A stretch of DNA of 63,957 nucleotides, filler included, from Stramenopiles sp. TOSAG23-6 (GCA_900128565.1; 3 parts of 3 records of this genome joined end to end with filler, not necessarily neighbours in it), one strand, 5' to 3'; shown: positions 1 to 13,463, counted from the first letter of the whole stretch. The notes: generated by a model not told the origin, from the letters alone. Numbers and translations: made by a program.

Positions 1-369
1 TCCACCCAAACGTAGAAAAAAATAAAAGAATGTAAATGATGTAGTAAATGTTTTTCATTTTTTTAAAACTTCTACAGTTTAATAGGGATACTTCCGTTTA
101 CGGGAAGTAAGCTCCGCTGCAGCGATTTCTACCAGTATTCTAAAATTTGAAATTTTGAAATTTTAGAATACTTGGCTTCATGTCCTATATTCTTAGCTCT
201 TTGTATCTTACTCACTTTAATTTGCTTATGACGTGGTGGCATTGAAATCAGCTTGATAAATTCATCCAATGTAATATCATTGTAGAACTGATTTTTAAAT
301 TTGCTTCGATTAGTTGCCAGCGGGTAATTGTGTGTAATATAATCGAATATCATGCGATATATATAATAT

Positions 370-448
370 AAATGTATTAAAAAAAAAAGGCAGATAATAT
401 GTTTTATATTCAATCAAGGTGTTGCACCAACTAAATATAAGTTATATT
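370..448. repeat. ~75-nt imperfect direct repeat, copy 1 (copy 2 at 1682-1757), flanking the ankyrin gene
   Basis: AGATAATATGTTTTATATTCAATCA..GTGTTGCACCAACT.AATATAAGTTATATT is present at both positions. Confidence 0.85.
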
Positions 449-585
449 TAAAAAGTCAATATTTACTGAATGAACCAGTGGAAAATGAATAATATGTAAC
501 ACTAACAATGTGCGCTCAATAGATGACTCTTCTTACTATTCATTACATTCAATAAACTAATATCTTTTTCTGTTTCTGTTATTTT

Positions 586-1311
586 TTACAATGCACCTGC
601 TGCGCGAAGTAATTCAACTACTTTTTCATAACCATTCATTGAAGCCATTAACAATGCAGTTTCTCCGTATTTTTTAGCCTCATTGACTTCTGCACCATTC
701 TCAAGGAGTAGTCGAACTACTTTATCATAACCATGCTGTGAAGCAATCATTAATGGGGGATCTCCGTATTTTGGAGCTAGATTGACATCAGCACCAGCAT
801 CAACAAGTTTTTGAACTACTTTATCATGACCATTCGCTGAAGCATAAAACAATGGGGCAATTCCGTTGTTATTAGCCTTATCGACAACAGCACCATTCTC
901 AAGAAGTAATTGAACTACCCCAACATGACCATTATGTGAAGCAATAAACAATGGCGTTTCTCCATCCTCGTTCTCCGCGTTGACATCAGCCAGACTCATA
1001 AAATAACGGACTTGATCTGTACTTCCATTCGCAGCCGCATCATAAAGCTTCTGATTGAAAAAGGCGTCATTCCTGCGTATTTTGGCTAAGTTCTTCAAAC
1101 GACTATCAACTTGATTCATCCCCAATGTTTTTGAAGCACCCCTCAAAAGACCCATGTCACTAGGTGAAAGATATCCATTTGTAACTCTGCGTAACGCGTT
1201 ACCCCTTCTACGGTCTATCACGACAGGCGCGACAGCATCACCAGCATTGACAGTAGGGACAATTACAAATCCAATAACAAAAAGATTCCAAAATATGCAT
1301 GTAGTTTTCAT
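586..1311 (-). CDS. Ankyrin-repeat protein with predicted N-terminal signal peptide, intronless
   Basis: Repeated G.TPL.IAS.NGH..VV.LLL..GA motifs; hydrophobic N-terminus MKTTCIFWNLFVIGFVIVPTVNA; start chosen at the second Met of the ORF. Confidence 0.85.
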   Translation of the reverse strand: MKTTCIFWNLFVIGFVIVPTVNAGDAVAPVVIDRRRGNALRRVTNGYLSPSDMGLLRGASKTLGMNQVDSRLKNLAKIRRNDAFFNQKLYDAAANGSTDQVRYFMSLADVNAENEDGETPLFIASHNGHVGVVQLLLENGAVVDKANNNGIAPLFYASANGHDKVVQKLVDAGADVNLAPKYGDPPLMIASQHGYDKVVRLLLENGAEVNEAKKYGETALLMASMNGYEKVVELLRAAGAL

Positions 1312-1681
1312 TGTTAAACACTTTGACGAGTTCGTATTCACTTTGTGTGTTGTATGCGTCGTGTAGTACACAAGTTGCGAGAAAATTCAATGAGAGAAAG
1401 CAACGGTTATTGAAAAATTATAACCGACCGATTTCTGAAGAAAACAAGAAAATCCCCGCAGAAACCGATATTTTTGGATTTCGTGTACTACTAATACTAA
1501 TAAAAATGTGTAATTTTTAAAATTGGAAATTGTAAATAAAGTTGAAAATTGTACAAAGAATGAAACAAAACATGTGTAAAAAATAAAAGAAAGAGTGACA
1601 AAAATAATAAAGTATATAAAAGAGTTGAAAGATTATTATTATATAATTTTTTTTTTTGGTACTCTAAAAATTTCGAAAGTA

Positions 1682-1757
1682 AAATGTATAAAAAAATGGT
1701 AGATAATATGTTTTATATTCAATCATTGTGTTGCACCAACTGAATATAAGTTATATT
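1682..1757. repeat. ~75-nt imperfect direct repeat, copy 2
   Basis: Matches 370-448. Confidence 0.85.
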
Positions 1758-1969
1758 AATGAATGGATTAGCGTGTACCTTTTGTTTCTTTATGCTTTTT
1801 GCTTTTTGTTTACTTATACTTTTTTGTACTTTTTACACGAATGGAAAAAAGAAATTAATAATTATATCAAAAAAGTAACCGACCAATAAAACGTATTATA
1901 ACGGACGGTTTTTTGAGATCGAGCATTAGAGAAGGATTTTTTTAAGGATTTTTTTTATATATACAAAGT

Positions 1970-3200
1970 ATGGCATTGTCACCAAGAGTTCGTGATGCTG
2001 CAGAAGCTGCAAGTCGTGGTTTCCGAGGATACCACCAGGACAGCAATAGCTTTTATTCTCTCCCTACAAAAGCGGATCTGGTTGGCCCAGCACCTCCACC
2101 TCATTGGGCTCGTACATCTAGGGATATACATCAGCAAGAAAGTGACGATTACTTGGGAAGACTTAATCAACGACAAAGTACTTTCAAAACGTTGAGTGGA
2201 CAAACAAATACACAGGAGAATGTTAATCTTGATTGGGGAGGACATGCTATTCGCAAAAGAGGTCGTCGACGTCGTCATCACCGTGCTCAAAAAGATTCTG
2301 TCGCATCTCTTTTTTCTGGTTCTGGTGATGTAGAAGAAGCAACAGATCTACATAAGTTTGGATCTAGAAAACATATCGACTACAAAAAAGATCCTCGTTT
2401 TGCTCCTAATGAAAATGAAGTCAATAGTATTATGGACAAATCAATAACTAGTACAGGGACATACCAATTAATACAAGGACCTGGAGGTCGGGCTCAAAAT
2501 AATCCAGATAGATGGAAGACTTCCTATCAAGCTCAGGTTGGACATGAAAATGTTTCCACAATGGATAAATATGAAAGATCTAATTCTATTCTACGCAAAC
2601 ATGGGCGAAAAAAATATTTCAAATCACCATATGAGAATTCAAATTCAAATATTGTAACTGGTTTATACGGAAGACCATCTCAACAATATATTCGTTCCAG
2701 TAATTTTAGTAAAACACCTGCTAGACAATATTTGTATGTTTTATGTGAATTTCTAATTAAAATTTTTTTTTTGGTTTTCATACGAAATTTTGTACCTAAC
2801 AAAAANTNANTTTTTTTTTNGAANTATTTTTNACANTATTTAAAACCAGCTGTACGAGGTACAGGTGGATTTGGAGGAATTGGTGGAGGTGCATGTATGT
2901 TTTCATCATTAGTTTATATTTATTCATTTTAGTATAAAACGTTTTACCTAACGATTTTTTTTTTTCGGTAAAAAAAAAAAAAAATTATTTTTTCACAATA
3001 CATCCTTGCTCGATGGTATAGTAGAAAAAGTATCTCAGCAGACTTTAGATTCTAGAAAAAAGTTCAACGGTTCCTCTACTAATACATATAAGAGAAGTGG
3101 TTCATCTCAATATGAACTCCGTAGAGAAGATCCAGGTTTGATGTTGGAAAATTTTCATATTGAAAAAAGTGGTTTTACAGGGAAACGAAGATTTTTATAA
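1970..3200 (+). CDS. Hypothetical protein, 3 exons (1970-2733, 2842-2894, 3004-3200)
   Basis: Removing two family introns joins ORFs 1970 and 3006 in frame. Confidence 0.7.
2734..2841 (+). other. Family intron, GT..TT (108 nt, in frame)
   Basis: TT|GTATGTTTT, TTCATACGAAATTTTGTACCTAAC, ends ACANTATTT|A AAA CCA; several N bases inside. Confidence 0.7.
2895..3003 (+). other. Family intron, GT..AT
   Basis: AT|GTATGTTTTCAT ... TACCTAAC ... TTTCACAATACAT|CC TTG; restores frame. Confidence 0.8.
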
Positions 3201-3250
3201 TTTATAGTTTATAATAAAAGAAACAAAAAAAAAACATTTATTTAATCCAT

Positions 3251-5206
3251 TTATCTTAATTTTGAATCAATTACTCGTATCTCAGCAATTATACAGGAAA
3301 CAGAATGAAGTAATAAACACATGTTTGAAGTGAAAGGTTCTCCATTAGAAGAACACAACAGAATAGCATTTTTATCATTTTTTGTCAAACATTTTTGGTT
3401 ATTTTGTTTTGTTACTTTCATTACACTTGAAAATTTACTATTGTATTCATTTGAAATTGAACGTATGCTAAACTTTTTCACATCACGAAATAATAACTCC
3501 AGACGAGAACGTCTCATTTCATAATCCAAAATTTGCTCTGAGTTTTGAACAGTTTTTAAATGTATTTTTGATGTACAATACTTTATATACGATACAGCAT
3601 TACTATTGGATACAAATATATTTTCAAATATATTTTCAAATATATTTTCAGATACTCTTTTAGATGTATTTTTAGATGTATTTTTAGATGTATTTTTAGA
3701 TGTATTTTTAGATATATTTTTAGATATATTTTTAGATATATTTTCGTGTATTTTGTCCATTATGCTCTGTTTTTTTGCATCCTCGAGCTCATATATACAC
3801 ATTTGCGTATAATTTTCTTCTGAACTTTGGACTGCATGAACGCCTCCTGTGTCATAACACCAACCAGTAGCAGCCACTAGATGCCTCAACAAATTTTCAG
3901 GAATATTTCGTGCAATCATTTGTAGAACAAACATCTCTAAAAGTTGATTGTACGAAATATTCGTACCTACATTAGACATTTCAAGAAAAATGTTACTATT
4001 ATTTACATTATTTGCTGACTTCCTACACGTCTTTCTATATAATAATTGTCTCGCCGTAGATTCAAGACAACACCGCAATTGGTATCTTGGCACACCATCC
4101 TTTTTTTTATTGACATTTATAGCTATCTTGTTTAAAATCTTATCTAATTTTGCAATATCAATTTTTGACTTCTTTTCAATTTTTGAGGTACTTTCAAACG
4201 GATTTTGAGCAAACCTTTGACAACATAATTTCGCTATCTTTGATTGTACATCAGATTTGTCTTTTAATAAACTATCAATGGTCAAACCATCAGCATCACA
4301 AGTTAATAATTCCATAAGGAGGAGCTCTCGAAGTTTTCTTGTATCAGTGTCTTCACATTTTGAAACAACATCAATTTTGGTTAATTTACGTTTCTTTTTT
4401 GAATTTTTTGTATTTTTTGTATTTTTTGAATTTTTTGAATTTTTTGTATTTTTTGTATTTTTCACATTCTTTGTATTTTCTATGATAGATGTACTTGTCA
4501 TGGTGACATCATGTAATGAGTTATTATTAATCATCATTCGATCTGTAAGAATACCTCGTTTCCGCTTTCGAGAATTTTTCAAAAATGCGTCGGAATTCGT
4601 ACGAGAATTTTTACTTAAAAGTGTTGTCGTTTTTTTCCTTTTCAAGAACAATTTGGACTTTTTCTTAGCCACTTTACCAACTAATTTGGATTTCTTCACG
4701 ATGTTGTGCGTTCGCTTTCTACTAGTATTTTCTTTTAAATTATGAAACAAGACTTCCTTAGATTTCCTTGCCTTACTCGCTTCTGCTGCTTTTTCCGAAC
4801 GTGAACGAATTGCACCTTTAGTTTCTGAATTTAAGAGACTCTGCACCATTAATTTTTGCTGACAAGTTCCAATGGTTGCAAAATATTTCGAGTCTCTTGT
4901 AGAACTATGTTTGGCTTTTGGAAGTACGTCTACATCTGTAACCAACGCAGCACAGTAACAACCACCAGTGGCCTCATCAACTGAACGTAGTTGGTACATT
5001 TTGGTGCCGACTGAAAGTACAGCACCCGTCCAAGGCGGGCCGTTGGAAAGAGATTGCAAATCCAGAGTCAATTCCTCTGGATTTGTTTTATGCATCGAAA
5101 ATTGCTTCATCAATGCAGGTGTCAATCGAAGAGCAATAGGGGCAAATACAGACGACCGTAACTCTGAGTCGTGTCGCACATCAAATTGACTACCGTCGTC
5201 CGCCAT
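3251..5206 (-). CDS. Probable RNA polymerase II elongation factor ELL-like protein
   Basis: IGTCQQKLMV...IRSRSEKAAEASKARKSK resembles the ELL N-domain; LRELLLMELL...LDKILNKIA...YQLR resembles the middle region; VQNSEQILDY resembles the occludin/ELL C-domain; recognised by eye only. Confidence 0.5.
   Translation of the reverse strand: MADDGSQFDVRHDSELRSSVFAPIALRLTPALMKQFSMHKTNPEELTLDLQSLSNGPPWTGAVLSVGTKMYQLRSVDEATGGCYCAALVTDVDVLPKAKHSSTRDSKYFATIGTCQQKLMVQSLLNSETKGAIRSRSEKAAEASKARKSKEVLFHNLKENTSRKRTHNIVKKSKLVGKVAKKKSKLFLKRKKTTTLLSKNSRTNSDAFLKNSRKRKRGILTDRMMINNNSLHDVTMTSTSIIENTKNVKNTKNTKNSKNSKNTKNTKNSKKKRKLTKIDVVSKCEDTDTRKLRELLLMELLTCDADGLTIDSLLKDKSDVQSKIAKLCCQRFAQNPFESTSKIEKKSKIDIAKLDKILNKIAINVNKKKDGVPRYQLRCCLESTARQLLYRKTCRKSANNVNNSNIFLEMSNVGTNISYNQLLEMFVLQMIARNIPENLLRHLVAATGWCYDTGGVHAVQSSEENYTQMCIYELEDAKKQSIMDKIHENISKNISKNISKNTSKNTSKNTSKNTSKRVSENIFENIFENIFVSNSNAVSYIKYCTSKIHLKTVQNSEQILDYEMRRSRLELLFRDVKKFSIRSISNEYNSKFSSVMKVTKQNNQKCLTKNDKNAILLCSSNGEPFTSNMCLLLHSVSCIIAEIRVIDSKLR
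3614..3745. repeat. Coding 12-nt tandem repeat (TTTTTAGATRTA; NISK/NTSK)
   Basis: Directly visible periodicity. Confidence 0.9.
4395..4480. repeat. Coding 9-nt tandem repeat (KNT/KNS)
   Basis: TTTTTTGTA/TTTTTTGAA units. Confidence 0.85.
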
Positions 5207-5701
5207 TTCGTTCGAAAATATTTTTACCTCGTTTCTACGATGTACACTGTATTATAAAACATTCATAAATCCACGCATTTCATTGTTTCTATATATATAT
5301 ATGAAAACACATAGACCGTATAATGTGGTTTATGATTCGAAAACAAAAAGTGAGGGGAAATGTTGTTACCTACAGGTAAGAAACACCTTATTTTCTTGTT
5401 CGAGAGTTTCAGTGTTGCTCCTTTTTTGACACGTGGCACGTGGCGTCTCAAGTCAAGTCAAAAGTCAAAGTCGTCGCGTGTCAAAAAACAAAAACAGTCC
5501 CGCGAACAACAAGTAAAATAAGCTGCAAGAGCAAAACAACACAATCTGGCTTTTGACGAGTCATTGTTTGCTGGTGACAGTGTATACAGTACTTTGAAAT
5601 AGGAATCACTAGAAGTTTCTTCATTTTATTAATCTATACGATATTATAAACTATTCTGGCTATATAGATATAGATTAGTAAGTCGGGTCTAGTTGCTCAT
5701 A

Positions 5702-8700
5702 ATGAATCGACCTCAGCAGTTGACTGTGAAACAACTCCATGGTCTTCTAAATGATCCAATCCATATTGCGTGCTCACAGCTTTATGAATTCATTAGAAAT
5801 GAAATCCGTCAATCTGGTGGTCCATCTGTCGTATCTGATGACTTTTGGCTTGATTTTTATGAAGTCTTGATGGACCGTATTGTAGGCGAAGGGTCGGCTG
5901 GCATGACGACTTACAAAGACGGCGGTTGGTTGCAAATATGTACTGGTTTTAATCCGATGTCTTCCCAAATGAAACCAACGCCTCGTTCTAAGGGACAGGG
6001 AGGTATAGCAGCATTCCAATTGATTCGTCTTTTGGGTGTTCACCCTACTGAAAATACAGGTTCTTTATTTGAGTCAGTATTTCGCAGCGCATGGGATAAT
6101 GAAGCCCAATTTTGGTACCCTATAGATATGCTTCCCGAACCTCTCATGAACACATTAAATGATTTTGCAACTTCTTTCTTATCAATGTCTCGTTCTCCTA
6201 GAGGTTTGTATACACAACAACGTTTACAGCAAGAGCGTCAGCTTTTATTACTGAGAGGATTGTCATGTGTCGAGCAAGAACACGATTTCCCAAATAGACT
6301 TAGATTAACCGCACAGGAATATTTTCTTTTTAGTTTTCTTAGATATCCAGTGTCTCGAACACGTCATGCTCGTACAAATGGTCGAACATTTGGAAAAAAT
6401 ACGTCGCGTGCTGTGAAAAAAGGATCCGTCATTCTTCATCATACGGATTGGAATACATCTGTCTCTGAGATTGCTTCTACTGATTGCTATATTACGTTGT
6501 TGATCCAGTATCTCAGTTGTTTCTTTCCGCATGGTGATGACACTTCAAATCGTGGTATGGAAATACAAGAAAGTAATTTATTAGACGTATTCAAGAATTT
6601 AATTAATCAGTTGTGGCTACATCAAAATTATCGTGCAATTGCAAGACCTGAAATGGACAGAAATATTCTGATGAATGCTCATTCAAAGAATCATTCAAAT
6701 AATCATGTCACTCCTTTCAAACACCAAAATCAGTCTCAGAGTGGTCGGAGTATTCATCATAGTAGAAATAATTGGAATTTGAATTCACCCGCACAATCTT
6801 CACGTATGGGTGAGCAAGGGAATTCTTTTCTTCCACCCCAAATGAGACATCCATACGTTGTACCCACTACAGTACAACTTAATGCTCTTCTTGCCGTTGT
6901 CGTGCACCTAGTCTCTGATCCTGGTTTACGAATTGCTTTAGAAGGTTCCACTATAATAGGTGATGGTGGTGCTGCTGCTTTAAAGGCACATGTACGTTTT
7001 CAAAATTATTATTTTTTTTAGTTTGAAATTTTTTTCAAAATTATTTTTTTTTTAGTATGAAAATTTTGTACCTAACAAAAAATATTTTACCAAAAAAAAA
7101 TTATTTCTTCACAGTACAGGATAGCGGGAAAAAATCTTTAGGTATTTTGAGAGACTTACACGTCCCCTTATTCGATTTTTTTGCATGTGCATTTTCGAAA
7201 CAGGGTTGTTCCGTTAGAGAATCAACGCATTTTGTTCAAGTTGTTGATCTTTGGTTAGTCCTTTTACAACCTTGGAATGCTGGTGTATGTGTTTTTCATC
7301 ATGAATTGTTTTTCTAATTTACCATTTTTTAATTTTTTTTGTTTTTTTAAATTTTTTTTGTATTTTTTTGTTTGTTTTGTTTTCGTAAAAAATATTTATT
7401 TGTACCTAACAAAAAAATCGAATTTCTAAATTTTATTTATAATACATGTACGAACAAATAATAGACGTGGTGAAATGAACCGTGGTACTCATAAAACACC
7501 TGGAAAAGAGAATGTACCTCAAAAATCAGGTTGGCTCTCCGGAATAAGTATAGGATCTCCTTTGGGTAATGTAACTCGCCCTGGAGGACGTACAACGCAA
7601 CCACCACGTCGTACATATACAAAATCGTGGTTAAGTTTTGTTGTAAATCATTATATGTTTTATGTTGGTTTATTTCCACGATTCTTGAAAAAAGCTCTTG
7701 AAATGGATTTTACATCTCAAGAAAAAGGTCATGTTGATGTTCTCGGTCGTGTATTAAATTTATTTCATCCGAGGCAAACAAGGGATAACACAATAGATGC
7801 AACGTCTTTACTAGGTATTGAACGTGGTGCTGCTGAACTTTTAGGTGGAAAAAATCTCCGTGCGGAGCGTGCAATGCGAGAATCTGGAGCAGATGAATTG
7901 TATGTTATTATTATTATTTTCAAATGTACTTTTTTTTTTATATACTGAATCCATTGTTTATAAAATGATAAAAACTAACAATTTTTGAATTTGACATATA
8001 TTTAACAACAAATGTGGAGGGATGTTCGTAATTGTTCAGCTTATTTGATGCGTCTCAATCAATCAACTCATGGAACTCAACTAGGACATAGAATGCGATC
8101 ATTAGCTGGTTCTCAAGGATTGAGTGATAAACATTGCCGAGAGTTATCATTTCACGTTTCATTTATGGAGGAGACATCTATACTACAGACATTTCCATTG
8201 AACCATTCTAATGTACAAGAAGAAAACTCAAACTTTGCAAATGATCCTGCAATGAGTGACATTTCTAATTTACGCTATAATAATAATAATCTTGGTCAGA
8301 GAATAAACACTTTGGATGATTTAAATTACAATGATTTTGGTTCTAAAAACAAAAACGATTCATGTATAGGTGCTAGAACTGGAGGTGGTATTGAAGGACC
8401 TGGAGATTTAAATATGCCATTAGATTCTCTGAGGACATGGCCGACATATTCACATTTAGCAGATATTCCTACAGGAGAAGTATGTGAGGAATATTCAGGT
8501 ATTCAAAGAAGCGCGAGAGAAGTGTTACAGAAAATGCGAATCGCACATGAAAAGTTTGTTCGGTTTTCGGATTCTCATGTTGCGGGGCATGGAAATACAT
8601 CGTATACGATATTGTACGGGTTTAAACAAAAAGCTGCACAGTTAAGTGATTCTTTATCTGCTGGTTCTCAGCGACGCGAAAGACAATACAAACATGCAAT

Positions 8701-9800
8701 ACGCCGATTATCAGATTTATTTGGTATTGATTTAGAAAGGTTTACAAAAGATAACCCAATTCCAAATGATGGTAGAGGATCAACGTCCGGAAAATTAGGT
8801 TCAGGTATTGATCAGTCTTCAATGCAGTCAAGTCTTGTTGCATCTGCTGTCCTTAATTGGGGGTCAAAGTTACGAGAGGGAGGTGGTCATATAAGTAGAT
8901 TGCCAGCATTTAAGGGTGAATATGGTACATACCTATCTAGAGAAGGCCGTGAGGCTGTTCGTGATGGTAAAGCTAGATGTTATAATCATCAAATTCAGTA
9001 TGTAGGTCATCCGTTACTTCGACCAGCGTGTTCATTTGAAATATCCCCTTTATTACCTTGGCTAATTCTCCTATCAGTAAAATTAGATTCTTTTGCCAAA
9101 AGACTCCTCGGTTTACCAAAGGATGAGGATATGGAAGAAAATGGATTGTCGATCGGTTTTGGTACTGGTGTGTATTCAGAAACACCCCAGTCAGAGATGT
9201 CATCTGTTCTTCAGTTTGCAGTGATGCGTTGTGAAAAAATAGAAAAAGATTATGAAATTGCTGCTGCAAAGTATGCATCAAAAAAAAACACAAATTCTAA
9301 ATCTGTACAACAAAGGAAAACACCTGGAAAGAAACGACGTAAAGAAAAAATAGATGTTAATGATCCATTGTATATATTTAACATACAAAAAGCTGCGCTG
9401 TTAGAAGGTGCGATGTTACAAGGTGATAAAGAAGTTGTTATAATGATGAGAAATCGCGGATATAAATTACTCCCGGGTCGTCAAGCCCGAGCGCACATGT
9501 ACGTTTCCAAAATTGATTTTTTCCCTATTTATTTTTCATTGTAATGGTTGTATCTAACAAATATTTGAAACAAAAAAAAATAGTTTTGCACAATACATGA
9601 TTATTAATCTTCGCCCGTTGTGTGATTTACGAAATTATTGTTTATTGTTTTCATGCATTGCTTTTGTATGGATTATTTATATGTTTCATTATTTTTTGTC
9701 AAATTTTACGATTACTGCAAAATTTAATGATCCAAAGAGCCATTTCGATGAAAATACAAAAAATGAATTCATTCCTTCTCAAGGACAAATTGGAATGTAG
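5702..9800 (+). CDS. SMPD4: Sphingomyelin phosphodiesterase 4 (neutral sphingomyelinase 3)-like, 5 exons
   Basis: Family motifs LTAQEYFLFSF, VVDLWLVLLQPW, WLSFVVNHYMFYVGLFPRFL, RPACSFEISPL, INLRPL and a C-terminal TM anchor; continuous after removing 4 introns. Confidence 0.75.
6992..7119 (+). other. Family intron, GT..AG (skips a CAG 5 nt upstream)
   Basis: CAT|GTACGTTTT ... GTACCTAAC ... TTCACAGTACAG|GAT; the first CAG would lead to a TAG stop. Confidence 0.85.
7285..7447 (+). other. Family intron, GT..AT
   Basis: GGT|GTATGT ... GTACCTAAC ... ATAATACAT|GTA CGA; in frame with ORF 7475. Confidence 0.8.
7900..8013 (+). other. Divergent family intron, GT..AT
   Basis: TT|GTATGT ... AACTAAC ... 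ACAACAAAT|G TGG; no AG after the branch point. Confidence 0.7.
9499..9598 (+). other. Family intron, GT..AT
   Basis: AT|GTACGT ... GTATCTAAC ... GCACAATACAT|G ATT; yields the SMPD4 INLR motif. Confidence 0.8.
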
Positions 9801-9849
9801 AATTCATACATGTATTCAAATGCAAAAATGATTGACCCCACTACATACA

Positions 9850-12800
9850 AAGAATGGTTTTCTTATAAAGACTATACAAAAAAGCTACAATAAAATTGTA
9901 AAAACATAAAAATATTAAATTTATTTATTTTTCTAACTCTTTTTTCCCAATCACTATTCTGGTGGTTGAGGAATAATTCTTGTCATGTCAAATCCAGTGA
10001 AAGTAAAAATGGAAAACAAACAATGATGTATACCAAGTGAAATTCTTTCCCATTTGATGAATTACACAATTATATCTTCCATCCATATGTAATCTGCTTT
10101 AGTGGGTGGCGTAGCGTCTTTTTGTAGTTTGGGTTTGATGGTGTTGTAGAAAAAGAAGTTGCTGATCTTGTCTAATTGGTGTATTTGCATTGCATGTTTT
10201 TGATTTGATGGTAGTTTTTTTGTAATATGACAATGCACTAAGAAATATTGAATAAAATACTTTAATAAATATATAATTTACAATGAAGCATCATTAACTT
10301 GATAAATGCTTCTTTGAGTCAATGATTCACATCGCAAAGCAGTAGCACCTTGTAACTCAAGTTTACAAGCTTCAGATTGTTGTTTCTTTTCAATATTTTT
10401 GTTTTCATGATATGTTTTTGCATCAAATTTAATTTGACGTTCAAATCTTTTACTATTTTGATCTTCTAATTCATGTTATACTTTGTCTTTTCCATTGGTT
10501 AAACACTTGGTCGGAATGGTTAGATTCACTTAAGTTATTGTCATGGATAATGGAAAATATTCTACTATGCATGCATGTAGTCTCTTGCGGGAGAACATTC
10601 TCTGATTTATTTCTTCGGCAGTTACAGATTTTAAATCCAGTAATGTTTTTATATGGCAAAAATCTTCTAATATTTCACTGACTCTAGCACCAACTCCATT
10701 AAGTTTATCAGTTTGATTGAGCTCATAAATTACTGAAAGATAGGTTTCAATTGTCCTTGCTGGTTCAAGGCTTGATATACACAACTGATTTTGTGCAACA
10801 CAATTGTTTGCTTTTGTTTTTACAGCATGAAACACACCAGGGTGCGTTTGCAATTAGAATGAATTAAAGTCCTCTTATGTATTTGGCATTCCATGGGATA
10901 CCGGAACATTTGCCAACACTATGATCCACCGTCATCATTTGTTCAATTGGAACTTCGATAACATGTAAACCACCCAGCCTGGCAGTTGACAGTTCACATA
11001 TTCCAAGTTTTCCTTCTAAATTCGATACTGCACCATCAGTTACTCCCTCTATTGCTATGGTTTCAATTACTTTGGACTCTTTTAGTAGATTGATATCACT
11101 TACAGCGCTAAAGTTTGCACCAGAATCACAGCGGATCAGGGATCAAACCGAAATCAAAGGCATACCAATTGACCTACATAACTATTGTTAATTGTTGCAT
11201 GTAAAAGTTTTGTTGCTGTTGATGACATTGATACTTTATACAATGGTTTAAAACCAACTTGGTCAGCCTTATCAGCATTTCCATTTTTTTGTTTGTACAC
11301 ATGGGAAATTGAATCTTCTGATGTGACTTTTGAATTTGTTTTCTTTTTTTCAGATATTACATTCTCTAACATATCTTACAGGAATATGTGCACCTTGTAG
11401 TTGCAGATTTCCCCATTGTTGTTGATTGACAGTAGGATGTTGTCCAATATGATTTCTCAATTAGCATTAGATAATTATATCCTTCCTCACACAGATCTTT
11501 TATTTTTTCAAGAGCAGCATCACAGATTTCCATACTTGTTGTGAAGACTGCAACATTTGTGTGCCTAAATGACTCCAACCATATAAGGTTGGAGAACATC
11601 CAGTCAAAGCATTGTTTTTTGTCTAAGACTGAGAATTCTTTCCCATAACAGGAATAGATTCCTTTTGAAACTGACCCAAGAACCCTACATAGGATCTCCA
11701 TCCTAAATGTTGGTGTACATTTGGATGGAAGATCTTTAGACTCAATAAAGGACATTGCAGGTCCAGACTTTTCAATTTGCTCCAGGAGTGATTTCTCTTG
11801 TTTAGATAGATCTGCTCTCCCATCATCCTCAAAAAGGACTGTGATCAGTCAATCCTCTCATGCCATTATCTCTTATGAATTTAAAAAGTTTTTGAATACC
11901 TTTTGATAAGAAGATAATTGGCATGTTTTCAAAATTCTCCTCATACTTACTTTTAATACTTATTTTTTGTACTGTAGGTAAGAGTCAAGTGTACACCTAT
12001 TCAGTAATGTATGTATCTGTCTCTTCAGACAAGCCTTGTTTTGGGCTTGGTTATTTGTATTGTTTTGGTTTATACAGTGATTTTGCATTGGTCTTTGCTT
12101 ATCTCTTTCAGTCTGCTTTGGTACATCTCTCCATTGAAAAATGACAAAAGCTCCTTATCTCTAATTTTAATTAAAATTCTCTACTTTTCTTGTAATCTGT
12201 CTCCAACATAACCCAGAAAAACACATTCATCAGACTGTATAGTTTGACTTGCATCTGTGGAGAAATGATCTCTAAGTTGTTCTTTAGGTGATGGGTTGTT
12301 ATCTTTGTCATCATTCTGCTTCTTTTTCTTTGACAGCAAATTAGACAAGTCAACAGTTCTGTTATGTTTTTTTTTTGTACTATCTTTCTTTGGTGTGATA
12401 GTCATATTGTCTGAATCAAAGGTTGCTCCCATCACTGTTTTCACCAAGGGCAAAAAAATTGTCCAAAAACTTATTGGCTTCTTCACTCTTTCCACCAGTT
12501 AAAGCCTGATTGATCTTTTCTGTTAAGCTTTTTTTTTCAGTGTCTAGTAGCTTGACTGCTGTAGTAGAAGTCTCCTTTGCATAAAATCAGGATTTTTTTT
12601 GCAACATTTTGATTTTGCTGTAGTGGTATTGCCATCAACTTTGGTGAATGGGGGATTTCTTTTCTGAGGACAATTTGTGGTTATTGTGTTGCTTCCATTG
12701 GTGTGAATAGAATTTTGTTGGACATACAAAAACTTCTTCACCAGTGCAATGTAGCTTATTTATTCCTGATCTTAATGCTTTGAATTCATCTACACTCAGA

Positions 12801-13400
12801 TCATCTTTAGTTTTATTTGGCCCATCATGTGTAGATGTGACCTCTAGTCCTGGATCCAATAACAGTGCTGCCTGCTTTTTGATAGGTCTTCTCACAAGCA
12901 GTTGGGGATGGTAGGCTTTACAATTACACTGAAACATACTAGGAGTATCCATAGTGGTTACTCCTTACCATTGTGGTATACTGTTGCCATAGTGGCAACA
13001 GCAAAATATGTATTCCAGTTTGATTTTTTTTGATTACTTTAGGTTGTTCTGTAAAGAGAGGTAAGTGTAGCTAGCTAGTAGCTATTTTGTGGTGAGTGGC
13101 TTGGGGTAGCAAATTTTTGAGATCTGAAAAAAATTTAAACAGCAGGTTTGTGCCTCAAATTTTTGTTGCTAACATCCTGCAGATTCAAACAGCAATGTAA
13201 AAGGCAAAAACTTATACAATTAGAAGAAAAAAAAAATATTTTTAAAGATGAACTTCAACTCAATCTGTGATATCTAAACTTCTGTGTTTATTTCCTCCAG
13301 TAGTTGTTTGATACTAAAGAGTTTTTTATTTCCAATTTATTTCCAATACAAAATAGAAATACAAAAAAGAAATACAAAAAAGAAATACTAAAAATACTAA
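9850..13400 (-). pseudogene. Degraded, CpG-depleted element with fragmented minus-strand ORFs (probable transposon or viral relic)
   Basis: Short broken ORFs only; no CG dinucleotide found from 11151 to 13533; weak integrase-like IRCDSGANF near 11110-11140. Confidence 0.45.
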
Positions 13401-13463
13401 AAAATACTATAAAAATACTAAAAATACTAAAAATACTAAAAATACTATTTTTATATATTGGAA

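Noticed and set aside
129-413. 94-aa ORF and the many short antisense or overlapping ORFs in the track
   Set aside because: No motifs; they are AT-rich chance ORFs or shadows of real genes and low-complexity repeats.
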